From assembly GCA_000934665.2 (NCBI GenBank), contig KZ538028.1:124001-160379 (forward strand): DNA of 36,379 nt. The letters run 5' to 3'. The notes beneath the pieces were generated by a model. The model saw only the letters and a program-made list of their open reading frames with translations. It had not been told where the DNA came from and searched no databases. Of this stretch, positions 12,515 to 23,765 are shown in pieces. Position 1 is the stretch's first letter. Every line of letters begins with the position of its first letter. Position numbers and translations under genes: made by a program. The DNA comes from Catajapyx aquilonaris (Eukaryota).

Positions 12515-13225
12515 CCCCCCCCCCCCCCCCACTTTCCCATCTCCTGAATAATCTCACCTTATAAGCTACAATTTGGGCAATCCTCCCTTAGGTCAGTTGA
12601 ATTATAATATAGGCTTTTGATTTGTACGAGTGACATAATGTGATTGTTGCGGTTCGAGTGTGATTGCGGTTTGGGTCTTTGAAAGAGCTGGGGCTTGGAG
12701 ATAGGCTGCCCTGCAGGGGTTGGGCTGCTGGTTCTATCACCTACCTATACACACAGGAAACAATGGGGCAATCACCATCGCGAGTGGAAGCGAGTGGGTC
12801 TTTGAGCGACACAAAATCGTTTATAGAAACAATTGGGGATGAAGTCGACGCCGACATGTCCATAGGCACACTCGAAAATTCCTTTCAGCACATTTTTTAA
12901 AATATTCATTGGGTGGTTATTGTCCGATGGTATGTAGGGGGTGGTGCTCTCTATAGTACCGCAGGGCCTACAGTCGCATTAATTGTACCGCACTCAACTC
13001 ATAATTTGCCAGTCGGAACCCTCTCGTTTAGGTCCTTTTTTCTGTCTCAAACCTGCGTGCTAGTGTTTTACAAGGGGGGGCACAAAAAGTTACTGTTTTA
13101 TTAATTAAGGACCACCGCTCCCTGCTTTAGTTAGGCAATGCATTGAACCACCCTCTTTGCCGAAGACTTGTGTCATGTCCTGTTCTGGAGGCCATGTGCT
13201 TTAAATAAATTAAGGGCCAAACCAA

Positions 13226-13275
13226 AGGGCTGAATATGCAGGGGGCAAAACGGCGGGGGCGAAAAGTCCGGATCC
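13226..13275. mobile_element. Terminal fragment of a repeat with about 15-bp GGGGGCGAAAAGTCC-type subterminal repeats (family F)
   Basis: aatatgcagggggcaaaacggcgggggcgaaaagtccggatcc is similar to 27271-27341. Confidence 0.55.
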
Positions 13276-15499
13276 CGGGCTGAATAGGCACTATATAAAT
13301 CATGTCCACTATTTATATTTTATATTTAATTTTTAAATATTTTTTGCGCATTTCCAACAATCGATACATTTTCCCAGCACTATCCAGTCCAATCGTTCAC
13401 AATTACAGTACCCTCCCACAGGGAAGCGTGCTCGACGCCAACTGTAACCGACCCAATGAACCGTCTTTTTCATGGACAAGTGCACACTTCTCTCCCTCGG
13501 CACGTGCCCTACTGGTAATGAGAACCTGACCATGTACTATATCCGATATTTTTGAACCACCTCGCGGTTCTAGATGAAGCAACCTTTCTATTCTGGGAGA
13601 GGAATGAATGGGGCGGGTTCAGACTCAGCAATTTTTTTTTTAATTGTTTAAATTTAAATGATGATCTAACATGCAGCCTGGTTTTATTCGGCGTCAGCTG
13701 GTTCTCTCACACTCACACTCTAGATTCGACACTATTCTACACTCTAAACGCCACAGGGCAGCATACCCCCACAGATGGTGGGCCAGAATATTTTTCTGTT
13801 CCTTCTGACCTGAAGCCAAACTTTTTGGCCCGACCCATGCAGTCAGCGAGGATTTTCAGGCATAATCGCTTACACAGGAAGTTGATGCTAATAAATAAGA
13901 ACGGCAGGGTGGATGGCAGAAGTGGATGGTGGCCAAGTTTAGGAACGACTCTAAATCTAGGAAGGGAGGAAAGGATTTCTAGTTGGCTGAACATAGAAAC
14001 GGAACTAAACAAGGACCTACAGTGAGATAATCTAAAGAGTTGAATGAATTGGACTTCAACATGTATCAGTTCAAACTTAAGGTTTTTGGGAGTGTTGAGA
14101 TTGATTGGTGTAATAACTGCGGGTAATTTCTGCGGCAAATGAGTCCGATTTGTCTTGTGATTTATGGGACGCAATTTTTTACCATTGTCACATGGACTGA
14201 TGAATAGGCGCGGCAGCGGGTTTTCAAAATGGTAGGCCAGATCGGTGAATTTGCTTGTAGTGGTGATTACTAGGCGGGGGGAAAAATGCAATGGGTGCGG
14301 AATAGGTGCAAAAATATGAGCCACTTGCACCATGTGTTTAAGCGGGAGAATCAATGAGAGGTGATCGATTGGGGGCGATTATTTATAGTTGATTTTTGTG
14401 ATTATTTATAGCCGGGTTATTGGTCAGTCATTGGTCGGTACTTGGTAGGGTATTGCATACTAGGATTATAATGAAAGTAATGAAAGTGATTTGTTTGTTG
14501 CAACGTATTATGTAAATAATATATAAGAGGACAAAGTTGTTGAAAACATGGCGTTAATTTTTTTGATCCTATATATAATAAATTGCGTACACAGGTTTAT
14601 GTATGCAACATGGAGTCCACATAATAAAGTATTCCGCGACAACATCAAGCGAAGTACGGAACCTACTGAATATTGAATGGTGTTGCGCCGTAGTGTTAAA
14701 AAAGCTACAGAGGCTTTAAAACTGTGATATAACACAAAGCAACTAACACTTGGCAATAGGAATCAGCATATTTGCAACATACACCTTTGAGTTTAAACTC
14801 ATGCAGGAAATGCGCATAAATATACGTCATGTGCCTGCGGATGTTTCATTCAATATTTTTTTTGTTGGGGATTGATTGTTTACAACATGGATCGCTGCCT
14901 AATTATGCAGAGTGGTCATCCCTAGTGGGAACGCAAACTAGTGCATATTATTTTAATGTGTAGTTTCAGGTGCATAGTTTTTGTGCCACTATAATGGAAG
15001 GCCCGAATTATTACAAACATTAATACTTAAAAAATTTAAAGATATATTTGCCAACGCTGTTGGACTCATGCTTCATGCGTAATTAGTAATTAATTCCAGA
15101 CATGTTTTGTACCTATCCTGCAAATTTGGTTTTCACCTAACGCAGTGACTAGAGGCATATTTCGTAACTCTCATTTATTACAGTGCACCAGCTCTCTAGT
15201 GCACTTATTGTCAAATCAGTTTGATTTGTAATTGCCCCCTATCACTTGTTTGAACTTATGATGGCAATTGCAGAAATTGCCCGCACCACCGGGAACCGCA
15301 TGGACTTCATCGAGGCTGCTACACTATAATTACCGCAGGCTAATTATACTAATTAGTGCTATTGTGCACGCTTCCCAGTGATAGTAATCGGCCGCAAAAA
15401 TAGTTGAACCTATCTCATGCCACCAACCTCTCATAAAATTGTGTTTTCAATCCTAATATTCAAATGCACACTACATATACTGGAGATGACAGTTGGTCT

Positions 15500-15678
15500 A
15501 TTCATGTACCGACTTGGAGGTGGTATTTTGCGGTACTGACTTTCAGCTCATTGCTCAGATGTACTCACTTGATACTTGATAGTACATCACACTGTACCGA
15601 CTTGGACGCCCAATGTACAGTACTGACTTGTAGATAGTTTTTGTTGATCACAGGCGGTACATGAATCGGTACATGAAT
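15500..15678. mobile_element. MITE family A copy (internally deleted)
   Basis: Begins attcatgtaccgacttggaggtggtattttg and ends cggtacatgaatcggtacatgaat. Interior is colinear with 21194-21391. Confidence 0.9.
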
Positions 15679-16484
15679 ACTAGTGCAATGCACTATTTTT
15701 TGACAAATGTTTTTCCTCTGAACTGCTGTTTGGCCAATTTCTCAGCAAGTTTTTACCTCCCCATGGCACATTTGCATAATGATTTCTCCCTCATCCCCCC
15801 CGAAATCATTCCAGAAGATTATTCTCTCTCCAATACTCCCCCCTCCTGCAGTCAAGACCCTTCGACACCGTTGGCAGAGCAATTAATTGACAGAAGAAGG
15901 TCGCAAGGCATCAGCAGATGAGACGAAACCTTCTCCTTCATCCCTGAGATGCTTCTGGATTTTAATATGATCTTGGCAGGAGACTTTGCCCTGGGAATTG
16001 GCAACAGCCACACCCATTTCTCCATCAGCTTCAACATATAGTATATACGTGTATATATCTAGCTCTGAATACTGCTTGCTGCAGATGGAATCCGCAGCGG
16101 CCGCTAATTAATTCCAAATTGTAGCCGCGGGCCTTTTAGCTGCAGGGCCTGACTGATATAAGGGTGTGGGTATATGGGAAGCTGCCATTTTTTAAAAATC
16201 GCTTCAGGGTTGTTTTTTTTTTGTCATCCTGATGAGCCAGCAACCAACGTTTCTTGTGCGGGAAGCCTTGGAGCCACAAGCTTGAAAACAGATTTGGAGG
16301 GATTTGGGATTGGATGGATTCCAAAAAGACGGGTGTCAGAGGGTGGGGTCACTTGGGGATGACTTTTGACCGGGGTTGTCAACGTGGTCTTTTGTGTGAT
16401 TTTGTGGAAAATGTAAATATGGAATAGGCTATACTTGTACCGATTTATCTGAAAAAAAAACCCTGTTTAGCTATATAGCAATAG

Positions 16485-16584
16485 TTGTTGCTATGTAGCC
16501 AAGCATGGATTTTTTAGAGAAAAAACGAAAAAAAAACGAAAATGCGCCAATTTCTCTGAAAAATGTTTGGCTACATAGCAGCAA
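16485..16584. repeat. Imperfect inverted repeat, probable MITE remnant
   Basis: ttgttgctatgtagccaagcat...tttttagagaaa (16485-16522) pairs with tttctctgaaaaatgtttggctacatagcagcaa (16551-16584). Confidence 0.7.
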
Positions 16585-17809
16585 TTTCGTTTTTTGTGTG
16601 AAAATACTGTAGCATAAAACATATTGCTATTTCAAAAAAAAATTGCAACTTTAAAAACTTTGCTAAAATATGTTTTAGCAATACTGTACATTTTTCTGGG
16701 CGTGTATTGACAACAATGGTGTTTCCTAAATTTACACCCCCCAAAAAAGCTGGGTTGACCATTCCGGCGTAATATATTTTGTCGTTCGTGCGCGAAACAA
16801 GCTGGCACAACTAGAGAGCGGCTGTTCTAACTTCGATAATAATTACCTTTGAAGTACGAAACTCCGGAACACACACACACAAAAAAACGATGACATTCAT
16901 GATTTTTCCTATACTCCAACCGGATATTCCGAGTTCCACCCCTCCCCACCCTTTTATTTCGCACGTTGTATCCTAGAATCGATAGACTTATATTGGTATA
17001 ACGTATCCAGTTTCCAAAAGTTAGGCGAGACACACACGGTTCATACCGCATCTGGAATTTTATTTTTGAATTTGATATTGCGCAGATATTAAAGATGTCG
17101 TTGCTCTTTAAGCTTAGGTTGCTGGAGTGAACAACTTGGAATGTTGCATAACACAGTGAATTTTTAGAGTGCTAATCAAGTTTGCCAAAATTGGTGTGAT
17201 TGTTCCAGTGAGCAGCTGGATAAAATCCCATAATAGCAGAGGCTGCACTTTAATTTTTAATTACTGCGCAGCATAAAAATTGCGGATTTAATTTTGCAAA
17301 CGTGATTCGCTTGAATTTTAAAGCTGGGCATTTGCATATTGAGAGCACTATTTTTAAAATACTGTACGTATTTTAAGGACTCCGCTTTGAACCGCATCAA
17401 AATTAGAGCCGACCAAATATGTCATTGTTGCCAACCCTGCAACGAGCAAGGCAGTCAATAGTTTTGACAGTTATTAAATTGTTGTCATAGCGTAAAATTA
17501 GCGTTTGTTTATAACTATTATGGCCGTTGAGTGCAGTTTTGTGGGCCTGTTGTCATGAGCTATGTCGGTCACTGATCGCTGGGATAAGCCAGCAGCGTGC
17601 AAATATGCAGTATGTATCAATGCACCCCGCAAAAGCAAATAGCTTATAACTCAATTGGAGTGGCCGCCCCCCAAAAAGATCGTCGATCAAGTGCGTTTAA
17701 TCAGTGTTACCAACATGTAATTGAAATATCGTTTGGACCGTTAATCTCTATGATCGTTGGTACACCTTACTTTTCCACTTAATAAATTGGGGAAAAAGCC
17801 ACTTATTTA

Positions 17810-17810
17810 T

Positions 17811-17881
<71 letters not shown>

Positions 17882-18160
17882 TAATTCATACCCCGTTATC
17901 AGCCGGCGGCTCTTTAGGGGGGATATATATATTTTTTGACTGGAACTCTTCGTTTCGTTTTTTACTGCGCTTTTTGGGATAGGATAGGAAAGGAAGGAGG
18001 CGGCTGTGGCCTATTAGTTTAGGAAACAACTCCGGAATTCTCCTGGAGGAACCGTGGGAAACCACAGAAAACCACGGTTAGAGTTGCCGGCACCGGGATT
18101 CGAACCCAGGACCTCCCGATTAGCAGTCGGATACCATATCCCCTCCGCCACCACTGCTTC
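17810..18160 (-). mobile_element. Full-length tRNA-derived SINE (SINE-1) with (ATT)n tail and 19-bp TSD
   Basis: Minus strand: A box TGGCGGAGGGG (18150-18140), B box GGTTCGAATCC (18106-18096), central GGTTTTCTGTGGTTTCCC...AGGCCACAGCCGCCTCCTTCC body, and (ATT)n tail. Direct repeats ggaaaaagccacttattta (17791-17809) and ggaaaaatccacttattta (18161-18179) differ by one base. Confidence 0.92.
17812..17886. repeat. (AAT)n microsatellite, the 3' tail of SINE-1
   Basis: About 24 AAT units with one GAT interruption, lying just inside the SINE TSD. Confidence 0.97.
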
Positions 18161-18921
18161 GGAAAAATCCACTTATTTACTAACAGTTATTATTCAAAGT
18201 TACATTTTAAAAAGTGGAGCAAAATATGCTTCCTTATGCTCAAATTTTTTTTGGCACCTATTTAAACGGAAATTGCGAGCAATTGACTCTGAGTGCAGTG
18301 CTGAAATGTCATTCACACGACACCCATTTGGCCCATTCCCTTTTGTCGTCACTGCTACACCTTTTTCTTCTACCCTGAAGACGAGTCCCAGTGCAATCTC
18401 CAATAAATTTCGGAGCAAGCCTATACAGACGTCGAAATTCCTAACTTGTTAGGAGTCACTTTGGAACCCGAAAATTTGACGACAACATGGCGAAGATAGT
18501 GAAGTGATCGGCATTAGTGGAAGTGAGATTGGGAGATGAAAGGAAATGAGAGGAATGCTGGGGCCTAATGGAGGGAGGGGTGGAAGAGAGGCCATATGAA
18601 AAGAGCTGAGGTGATGGAAGGAAGGAGAAGGGAATGGCTGGAATAAGAGTAGAGAAAGTGTGACAGATTCTACCAAAAAATGTTCGACTCAAAGTAATTC
18701 TACTAATTGACTGTCTTTCCGTCTGTTGCTTGTTCGGAAGGACTTTCGTAATGGGAGACTGAATGTGGCAGGGGTAGGGGCACGCTGCATCAACCTACTC
18801 CATGAGACCATGACCTAACCCTCCTTTTAGGCCTATCCTGCAGCGAATATACGCCTATAGGAAAGTAGATAAAAGTACCCTGTTGCGAAAGCGTAGCTGA
18901 TAGTGGCTGGAGTCCACTGTA

Positions 18922-19070
18922 GTACCGATTCACGTACCGACTCGGAAGTGGTATTTTGTGAACAAATATCGTCAACAAATAATGCAAGTCATTACTGAAA
19001 ACCATATTTGGCGTCAAAGTCGGTACATTATGATGTACTATTTTCAAAATTAGTGCATTGTGATGTACTA
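18922..19070. mobile_element. MITE family A partial, diverged copy
   Basis: gtaccgattcacgtaccgactcggaagtggtattttgtg...gtcggtacattatgatgtactattttcaa matches family A. It stops at the 19071 insertion. Confidence 0.8.
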
Positions 19071-19350
19071 CACTGTACTCCCGATTATCCGTGTGCAGAT
19101 TAACCGTGCATGGCTAAACCAGAAAATTCCGAAAAAAATGTCAATTTTTGTAGCACAAAAAGACATACAACAGACTTTTTCCAGAAGACAAACTAAAAAT
19201 CTACGCAAATATTTCTAATTTTGATTAAATATGATTTAAAGCAGAATACGGTATGTACAGTCGTTCATTAAAAACCTGTGAATAGCTCATTTTCCGATTA
19301 TCCGACGACACCCGTGCAGCCATTACCCCCGGATAATCGGAAGTACAGTG
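19071..19350. mobile_element. Tc1/mariner-superfamily (pogo/Tigger-like) MITE, 280 bp, TA TSD (family C)
   Basis: TA|cactgtactcccgattatccg ... cggataatcggaagtacagtg|TA: 21-bp TIR with one mismatch, flanked by TA on both sides. The CGATTATCCG motif recurs internally at 19295. Confidence 0.85.
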
Positions 19351-19557
19351 TATTTTGTGATCAACAAATACCGTCTGCAGGTCAGTACCGTAGACAGTAT
19401 TTGACATCGAAGTCGGTACATGAATCGGTACATTGTGATGTACTATTTTCAAATCAGTACATCTCAACGATGGGCTGTGTACAAGTCAGTACCATAGACG
19501 GCATTTGTTGATCACAAAATACCACCTCCAAGTCGGTACATGAATCGGTACATGAAT
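19351..19557. mobile_element. MITE family A copy (left end truncated at the family C insertion)
   Basis: tattttgtgatcaacaaataccgtc ... gacggcatttgttgatcacaaaataccacctccaagtcggtacatgaatcggtacatgaat. Confidence 0.9.
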
Positions 19558-20532
19558 GACATTGTGTGCAGATGCGCCATCTATGAGACGATTATTATAC
19601 AACCTGGTCAATCGGGAATACATTTTGTGTCAAACATAGTCAGTGACACCATGATTTTTTACGCATGAAATATTTGTTTTTCGCATGAAATTTTCAGTTG
19701 ACAATATATTTTCCCATTTTGAGAGCCATACAATACACCAACAATTTCTTTAACCTGAATCGATTTTGAGTCCACGATGCCTATAGTGTCGGTTGGGTTT
19801 GGGTCGGGATTCCTGGGCGCGGAATGGGATCGCTCTGCTTGTTTTGGGCCAAAGTCCTTGGATTCCATCCGCCAGAGTCAAAGAGGGAAGACTGGTGCAA
19901 GATAGGGTAAGAGTAGGGGGGAAAGGGGGGGATAGGAAAGAGGAGAGGGGTGGAATCCGCCCGATTACCTGTCCAATTACGGCTCGGCGCTTGTCTAGGG
20001 CATAAATTACCCCACCCACCCTCATCACCCATACAACCCTTTGCCCCCTCCCTGCAAACCTCTTTCCTTCCTCTTCCGCCATCCGGCTCTTCCTCGCCTC
20101 CCCAAACTCCCCAAAATCAATACAAGGACCTCAAGTTTGGCTACGACTTGGAAGGCTGGGCCAGGGGGGGGGGGAGCAAAATTGTTCCCCCCCCTTTTTT
20201 TGCAATTTTTTTTTGCAAGGGTCGCCTGGAAGTGTCCCGCGCAGAACTGCAACCTCCCCACCCCATTTTGTTTTTATGTAAGGGTGACGGCCTCGGGGTC
20301 CTGGCCATTGAGTCTTTGCTGGGAAATCACTGTGCTTTTCCTGAGGGAATGGTAAGGAAAAGGGGTGAAAAAAAAAATGGAGAGGGAAGAGATGTTTCTT
20401 ATGTCTTTTTTTTCATACAATCTGGTCGTAAAGTCTGTAAAATTGACATTAAAGAAGGTTGGTAGTGTGTGTTATTGGACATGCTGTCAGAAACAATCTG
20501 AAGACGTAGCTGAAGATAACTGTATTACTGAC

Positions 20533-20903
20533 CTGGAGTGGAATTTTTGTCTCACTGCTAGTTACTGCTAACTTAGCAGTACAGTTTTGGACATTAATCG
20601 CGTCTTACTACTAGCGGCATTTTCTGATGCGGCAGAAGTGTAAATCCGAAGTGTGAGCCGTGCGAGTAAGAAGAGGTAGGCCATGAGTGACGTCACCGGC
20701 TGGGGGGCAATGGAAAAAAGGCTTGTCCCCCAGCCAGTGATGTCACCCAAGGGCTACCATTTCTTACTGGCACGGCTCGCATTTCGATTTGCACGCCTGA
20801 CGCAACAGAAAATGTCGCTAGCAGTATGACGGAATTAATGTCTGGCACTGTACCCGCTGCCAAGTTAGCAGTAACTAGCAGTGGGACGAAAATTCCACCC
20901 CTG
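20533..20903. mobile_element. Short hairpin MITE (about 47-bp arms, hAT-like CAGGGGTGG terminus; family D) split by a nested family B insertion
   Basis: ctggagtggaatttttgtctcactgctagttactgctaacttagcag (20533-20579) is the reverse complement, with about 5 mismatches, of ctgccaagttagcagtaactagcagtgggacgaaaattccacccctg (20857-20903). No clean 8-bp TSD, so the hAT assignment is tentative. Confidence 0.8.
20582..20850. mobile_element. Palindromic Tc1/mariner-type MITE family B, 269 bp, TA TSD
   Basis: TA|cagttttggacattaat ... attaatgtctggcactg|TA. Self-complementary along its length (gagccgtgcgagtaagaa/ttcttactggcacggctc; gtgacgtcaccggctgggg/ccccagccagtgatgtcac). Related copies at 23787 and 27034. 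Confidence 0.92.
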
Positions 20904-20939
20904 GATACTAGTAGTTACAAGAGCTCTTGGTAGTTACTA

Positions 20940-21160
20940 TTTTTTTGTATTACCCCGTGATGGGCACTCTTAATCGGTTTGTAGTCATAAATATCAGACC
21001 TTTTCTCTTGGCCCTGGGCAGAGAAGTGAGTGCAATTCTGCCCGGAGATGACGGGTGAAAAGCGGAAAAATACCCGACCAAGCAGAGATGACTGGGACGG
21101 GATTTGAATCCCGGACCTCCCGCTTGGCTGGCCAGTAGCACAGAACCACCATGCCCCCAC
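20940..21160 (-). mobile_element. tRNA-derived SINE (SINE-2), diverged, with short A-rich tail
   Basis: Minus strand: ...gcgggaggtccgggattcaaatcccg (degenerate B box and T arm, about 21122-21098), central atttttccgcttttcacccg...ctccgggcagaatt, and 3' end acggggtaatacaaaaaaa. Possible imperfect TSD tagttacta / tagtactacta. Confidence 0.75.
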
Positions 21161-21193
21161 TAGTACTACTAATTTGATAACAGCTACACTGTA

Positions 21194-21391
21194 ATTCATG
21201 TACCGACTTGGAGATGGTACTTAGTGATCAACAAATACCGGATACGGTGACTTGTATACAGCTCATTGTTCAGATGTACTGACTTGAAAATGGTACATCA
21301 CAATGTACCGACTTGGACGCCACGTCTACAGTACTGACTAGTAGACGGTATTGTACCACCAACAAGTCGATACACTAATCGGTACATGAAT
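21194..21391. mobile_element. MITE family A copy
   Basis: attcatgtaccgacttggagatggtacttagtgatcaacaaataccg ... aatcggtacatgaat. Same orientation as 15500, opposite to 19351 and 22693. Confidence 0.9.
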
Positions 21392-22203
21392 TTGGAGTGT
21401 ATATTGCTCACCTGGTAATTTGTGGATTAACCTGGAATAAAACTGGGTGTAAAACGGTCAATTCTGGAATGTGAGAGGTGCATAAGATTTGGTGCCTTAA
21501 TGTTGTTAGAGAGTTCACAGAATTTGAATGATAAAAGGGGAGCGAAAATCCTTTCATGTGTGACTTGAAATACAATTTGAGATCTTAGAGGCCTCGACCC
21601 AAGAGTAACTTCCTCGGGAGATATTATTTCTTCTAACTTGGAAATGGCAGAGATATCCGAATATCCTCAAAGGAGAAGAGAGGGAGGGAGAGAGAGAAAA
21701 AAAGCAAATTCCCTCGCCTTTATAACATATTTACGAGACGGTACTTTGAGCAGTCTGAATCTCCAATACTGCCATTTTTTGTTGTTGTTTCTACGGCAAA
21801 GTGATGCACTGCGGATGCAGTGTATTAGGAGACGTAAGACAAGAAATTAATTGTCTCCAGCCTGATGTAAATGTCGGAAAGTAATTAATGCGCAGGCATA
21901 GTTTACCTCCTTTATCAACAGTAATCTCTTTTTTGGCATGTACTCGTGCTGCATGCAGCGATAGGCCCTAATTTGATCAGTACACGTCAGCGGAACATGG
22001 TATTGCTGAAATTACATGTCCCGGTTTTTCTCAAAAGAAATGACGTAGTATTATAGTCAGAGCATATATGCGGTCGGAACCGTTTATTATTGAGGGTAAA
22101 AATATTGATTAGTGAACCCTGTAATCCTGGGGTATTGCAGCACTGTTTGCAGAACTGCATTGATTACATTTAGTTTTTTTAGGATGGACATGACCTTACT
22201 CTG

Positions 22204-22447
22204 TAGTGTTGACAGACTTTCAGAGATATCTGATTATACAGGGTGTTCCAAATTTGTGGGAATTTTGAAAGACTTTTTCGAGAGAAAAAAGTCGTATAGA
22301 ACGGCTCTGTCTGTCGGTGGACAGGTATCAGACAGAGCCGTTCTCAGGCCGTTCTATAAGACTTTTTTCTCGAAAAATCCTAAAAACCGACCGACGAATT
22401 TGGAACACCCTGTATAATCAGATATCTCTGAAAGTCTGTCAACACTA
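22204..22447. repeat. 244-bp foldback with 51-bp perfect terminal arms
   Basis: 22204-22254 tagtgttgacagactttcagagatatctgattatacagggtgttccaaatt is the exact reverse complement of 22397-22447. Further inner pairing (aaaaaagtc-tatagaacggc; agaacggctctgtctg/cagacagagccgttct). Confidence 0.95.
22239..22412. mobile_element. Tc1/mariner-type MITE family E (TIR CAGGGTGTTCCAAATT, TA TSD)
   Basis: TA|cagggtgttccaaatt ... aatttggaacaccctg|TA. CAGGGTG termini with TA duplication are typical of IS630/Tc1/mariner non-autonomous elements. Confidence 0.85.
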
Positions 22448-22643
22448 ACTGATATTGCCAGATAGCAGCTATTTTTAGTAACTTGTTGTGCCCCTAAAGG
22501 TGCCCCATTCCATAGAAACTGCTATATTAGACCCCCTAGATGTAATGGGGGAACTTGGATCGGGGCACAACAAGCTACAAAAAATAACTACTATCGGCGA
22601 TATCACTTATAAAAAACGACCCACGAATTTGGAACATCCTGTA
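22448..22643. mobile_element. Family E-related MITE lacking its left TIR, with a different internal palindrome
   Basis: gatattgccagatagcagctatttttagtaacttgttgtgcccc pairs with ggggcacaacaagctacaaaaaataactactatcggcgatatc. Right end aaaaacgacccacgaatttggaacatcctg|TA. Another tacagggtggtccaa start follows at 22648. Confidence 0.75.
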
Positions 22644-22692
22644 CGTATACAGGGTGGTCCAACAATATGTAAACACTGTTTACTGCACTGAA

Positions 22693-22901
22693 ATACATGT
22701 ACCGACTTGGAGGTGGTATTTTGTGATCAACAAACACCATCTACAAGTCAGCGGTATTGTGAACGATATTTGACGGTACATGAATCGGTACATTGTGATG
22801 TACTATTTTCAAGTCAGTACATCTGAATGGCTGTATACAAGTCAGGATCGTAGACGGCATTTGTTGATCACAAAATACCATCTCATAGTCAGTACATGAA
22901 T
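22693..22901. mobile_element. MITE family A, most complete copy (about 209 bp, about 40-bp TIRs)
   Basis: catgtaccgacttggaggtggtattttgtgatcaacaaa ... tttgttgatcacaaaataccatctcatagtcagtacatg. Superfamily not assigned because the TSD is unclear. Confidence 0.92.
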
Positions 22902-23765
22902 TCAGCTACTTTTAACTGCTATTTTCTGCTTATTTGAACTAGCCAATTTTTGTAAACTTGTTAGCATTCTCTCAACATCGCCTATATGTGACGTCCATTC
23001 TGCATCACTGCAAGGCCCAAAAAATGGCTAGCAGACAGGTAGATGGGATAGGTAGCTGCAATGGAAGTGGGGTAGTTTGGGCCATAATGATGTTGCAGCA
23101 GCAGCAGCTGCAGCAACTCTATTGACTTTTTCCTCTCCTCCGGTTATTAATGGGAGGCAGCAGCAGCACTTGGCGCCGGGCCAGCTGATTATGTTGCCAG
23201 CGCATGCATCTATCTATCTACTATGTATCTATCTTCAAACTCTTTTTCTGGTCCAATCAGGCTCGTTTCCGCAGGACCGCCTGCCTCATGGCTTATTACA
23301 CGCTCATAACGGGGATCCGTTCAAGCAGCAAGGAAAAGGAACACGAGTCGCCATTAGTCGGCATACATCTAACGTATAAATGCCAAGGATTCCCTAGGAA
23401 ACTTTTGCTGGTTCCTTCCAAGATGATTGATGGGGCCTGAGGAACATATCCTTTTGCTGCCTTCCCCCCGTCTTTCATCTTTCGTCTTCCTTGAAATCAG
23501 AGATGCTGCATAACAGGGGGGCGGTTAGGACCGCATTATTTGTGGGGAGGTGGAAGATGCGGCTTACCAAAACTTGGTCGTATGTCATAAGGGGGTAGGT
23601 TGAGGGAAAGGTATACGAGACAGGTCTTAGCCCCATGCGAGGGGTTTTTATTGCGTGAAGTCACTCCGGAAAATGTACAAATAGGGATGTATTGCAGGTG
23701 ATTATTTCGAGAGCGACATGACAAAAGTAGACTGGGAGAAACGGTAGAGTAGACCTCACATTGTA

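Noticed and set aside
14159..14170. 12-mer gatttatgggac shared with 28382-28393
   Set aside because: Many exact 12-mer pairs are expected by chance in 36 kb.
13737..14354. Longest ORF (205 aa, minus strand) and the overlapping 157-aa plus-strand ORF
   Set aside because: Non-ATG starts, no recognisable domain or RT/transposase motif, and no convincing splice context. ORFs of this length can occur by chance in six frames of 36 kb.
19950..20465. 171-aa Pro-rich ORF
   Set aside because: Arises from C-rich low-complexity DNA with homopolymer runs; no ATG start and no homology cue.
23092..23168. CAG repeats suggesting a polyQ/polyA transcription-factor exon
   Set aside because: Short, with nearby stops or non-protein-like flanks in each frame and no clear splice sites.
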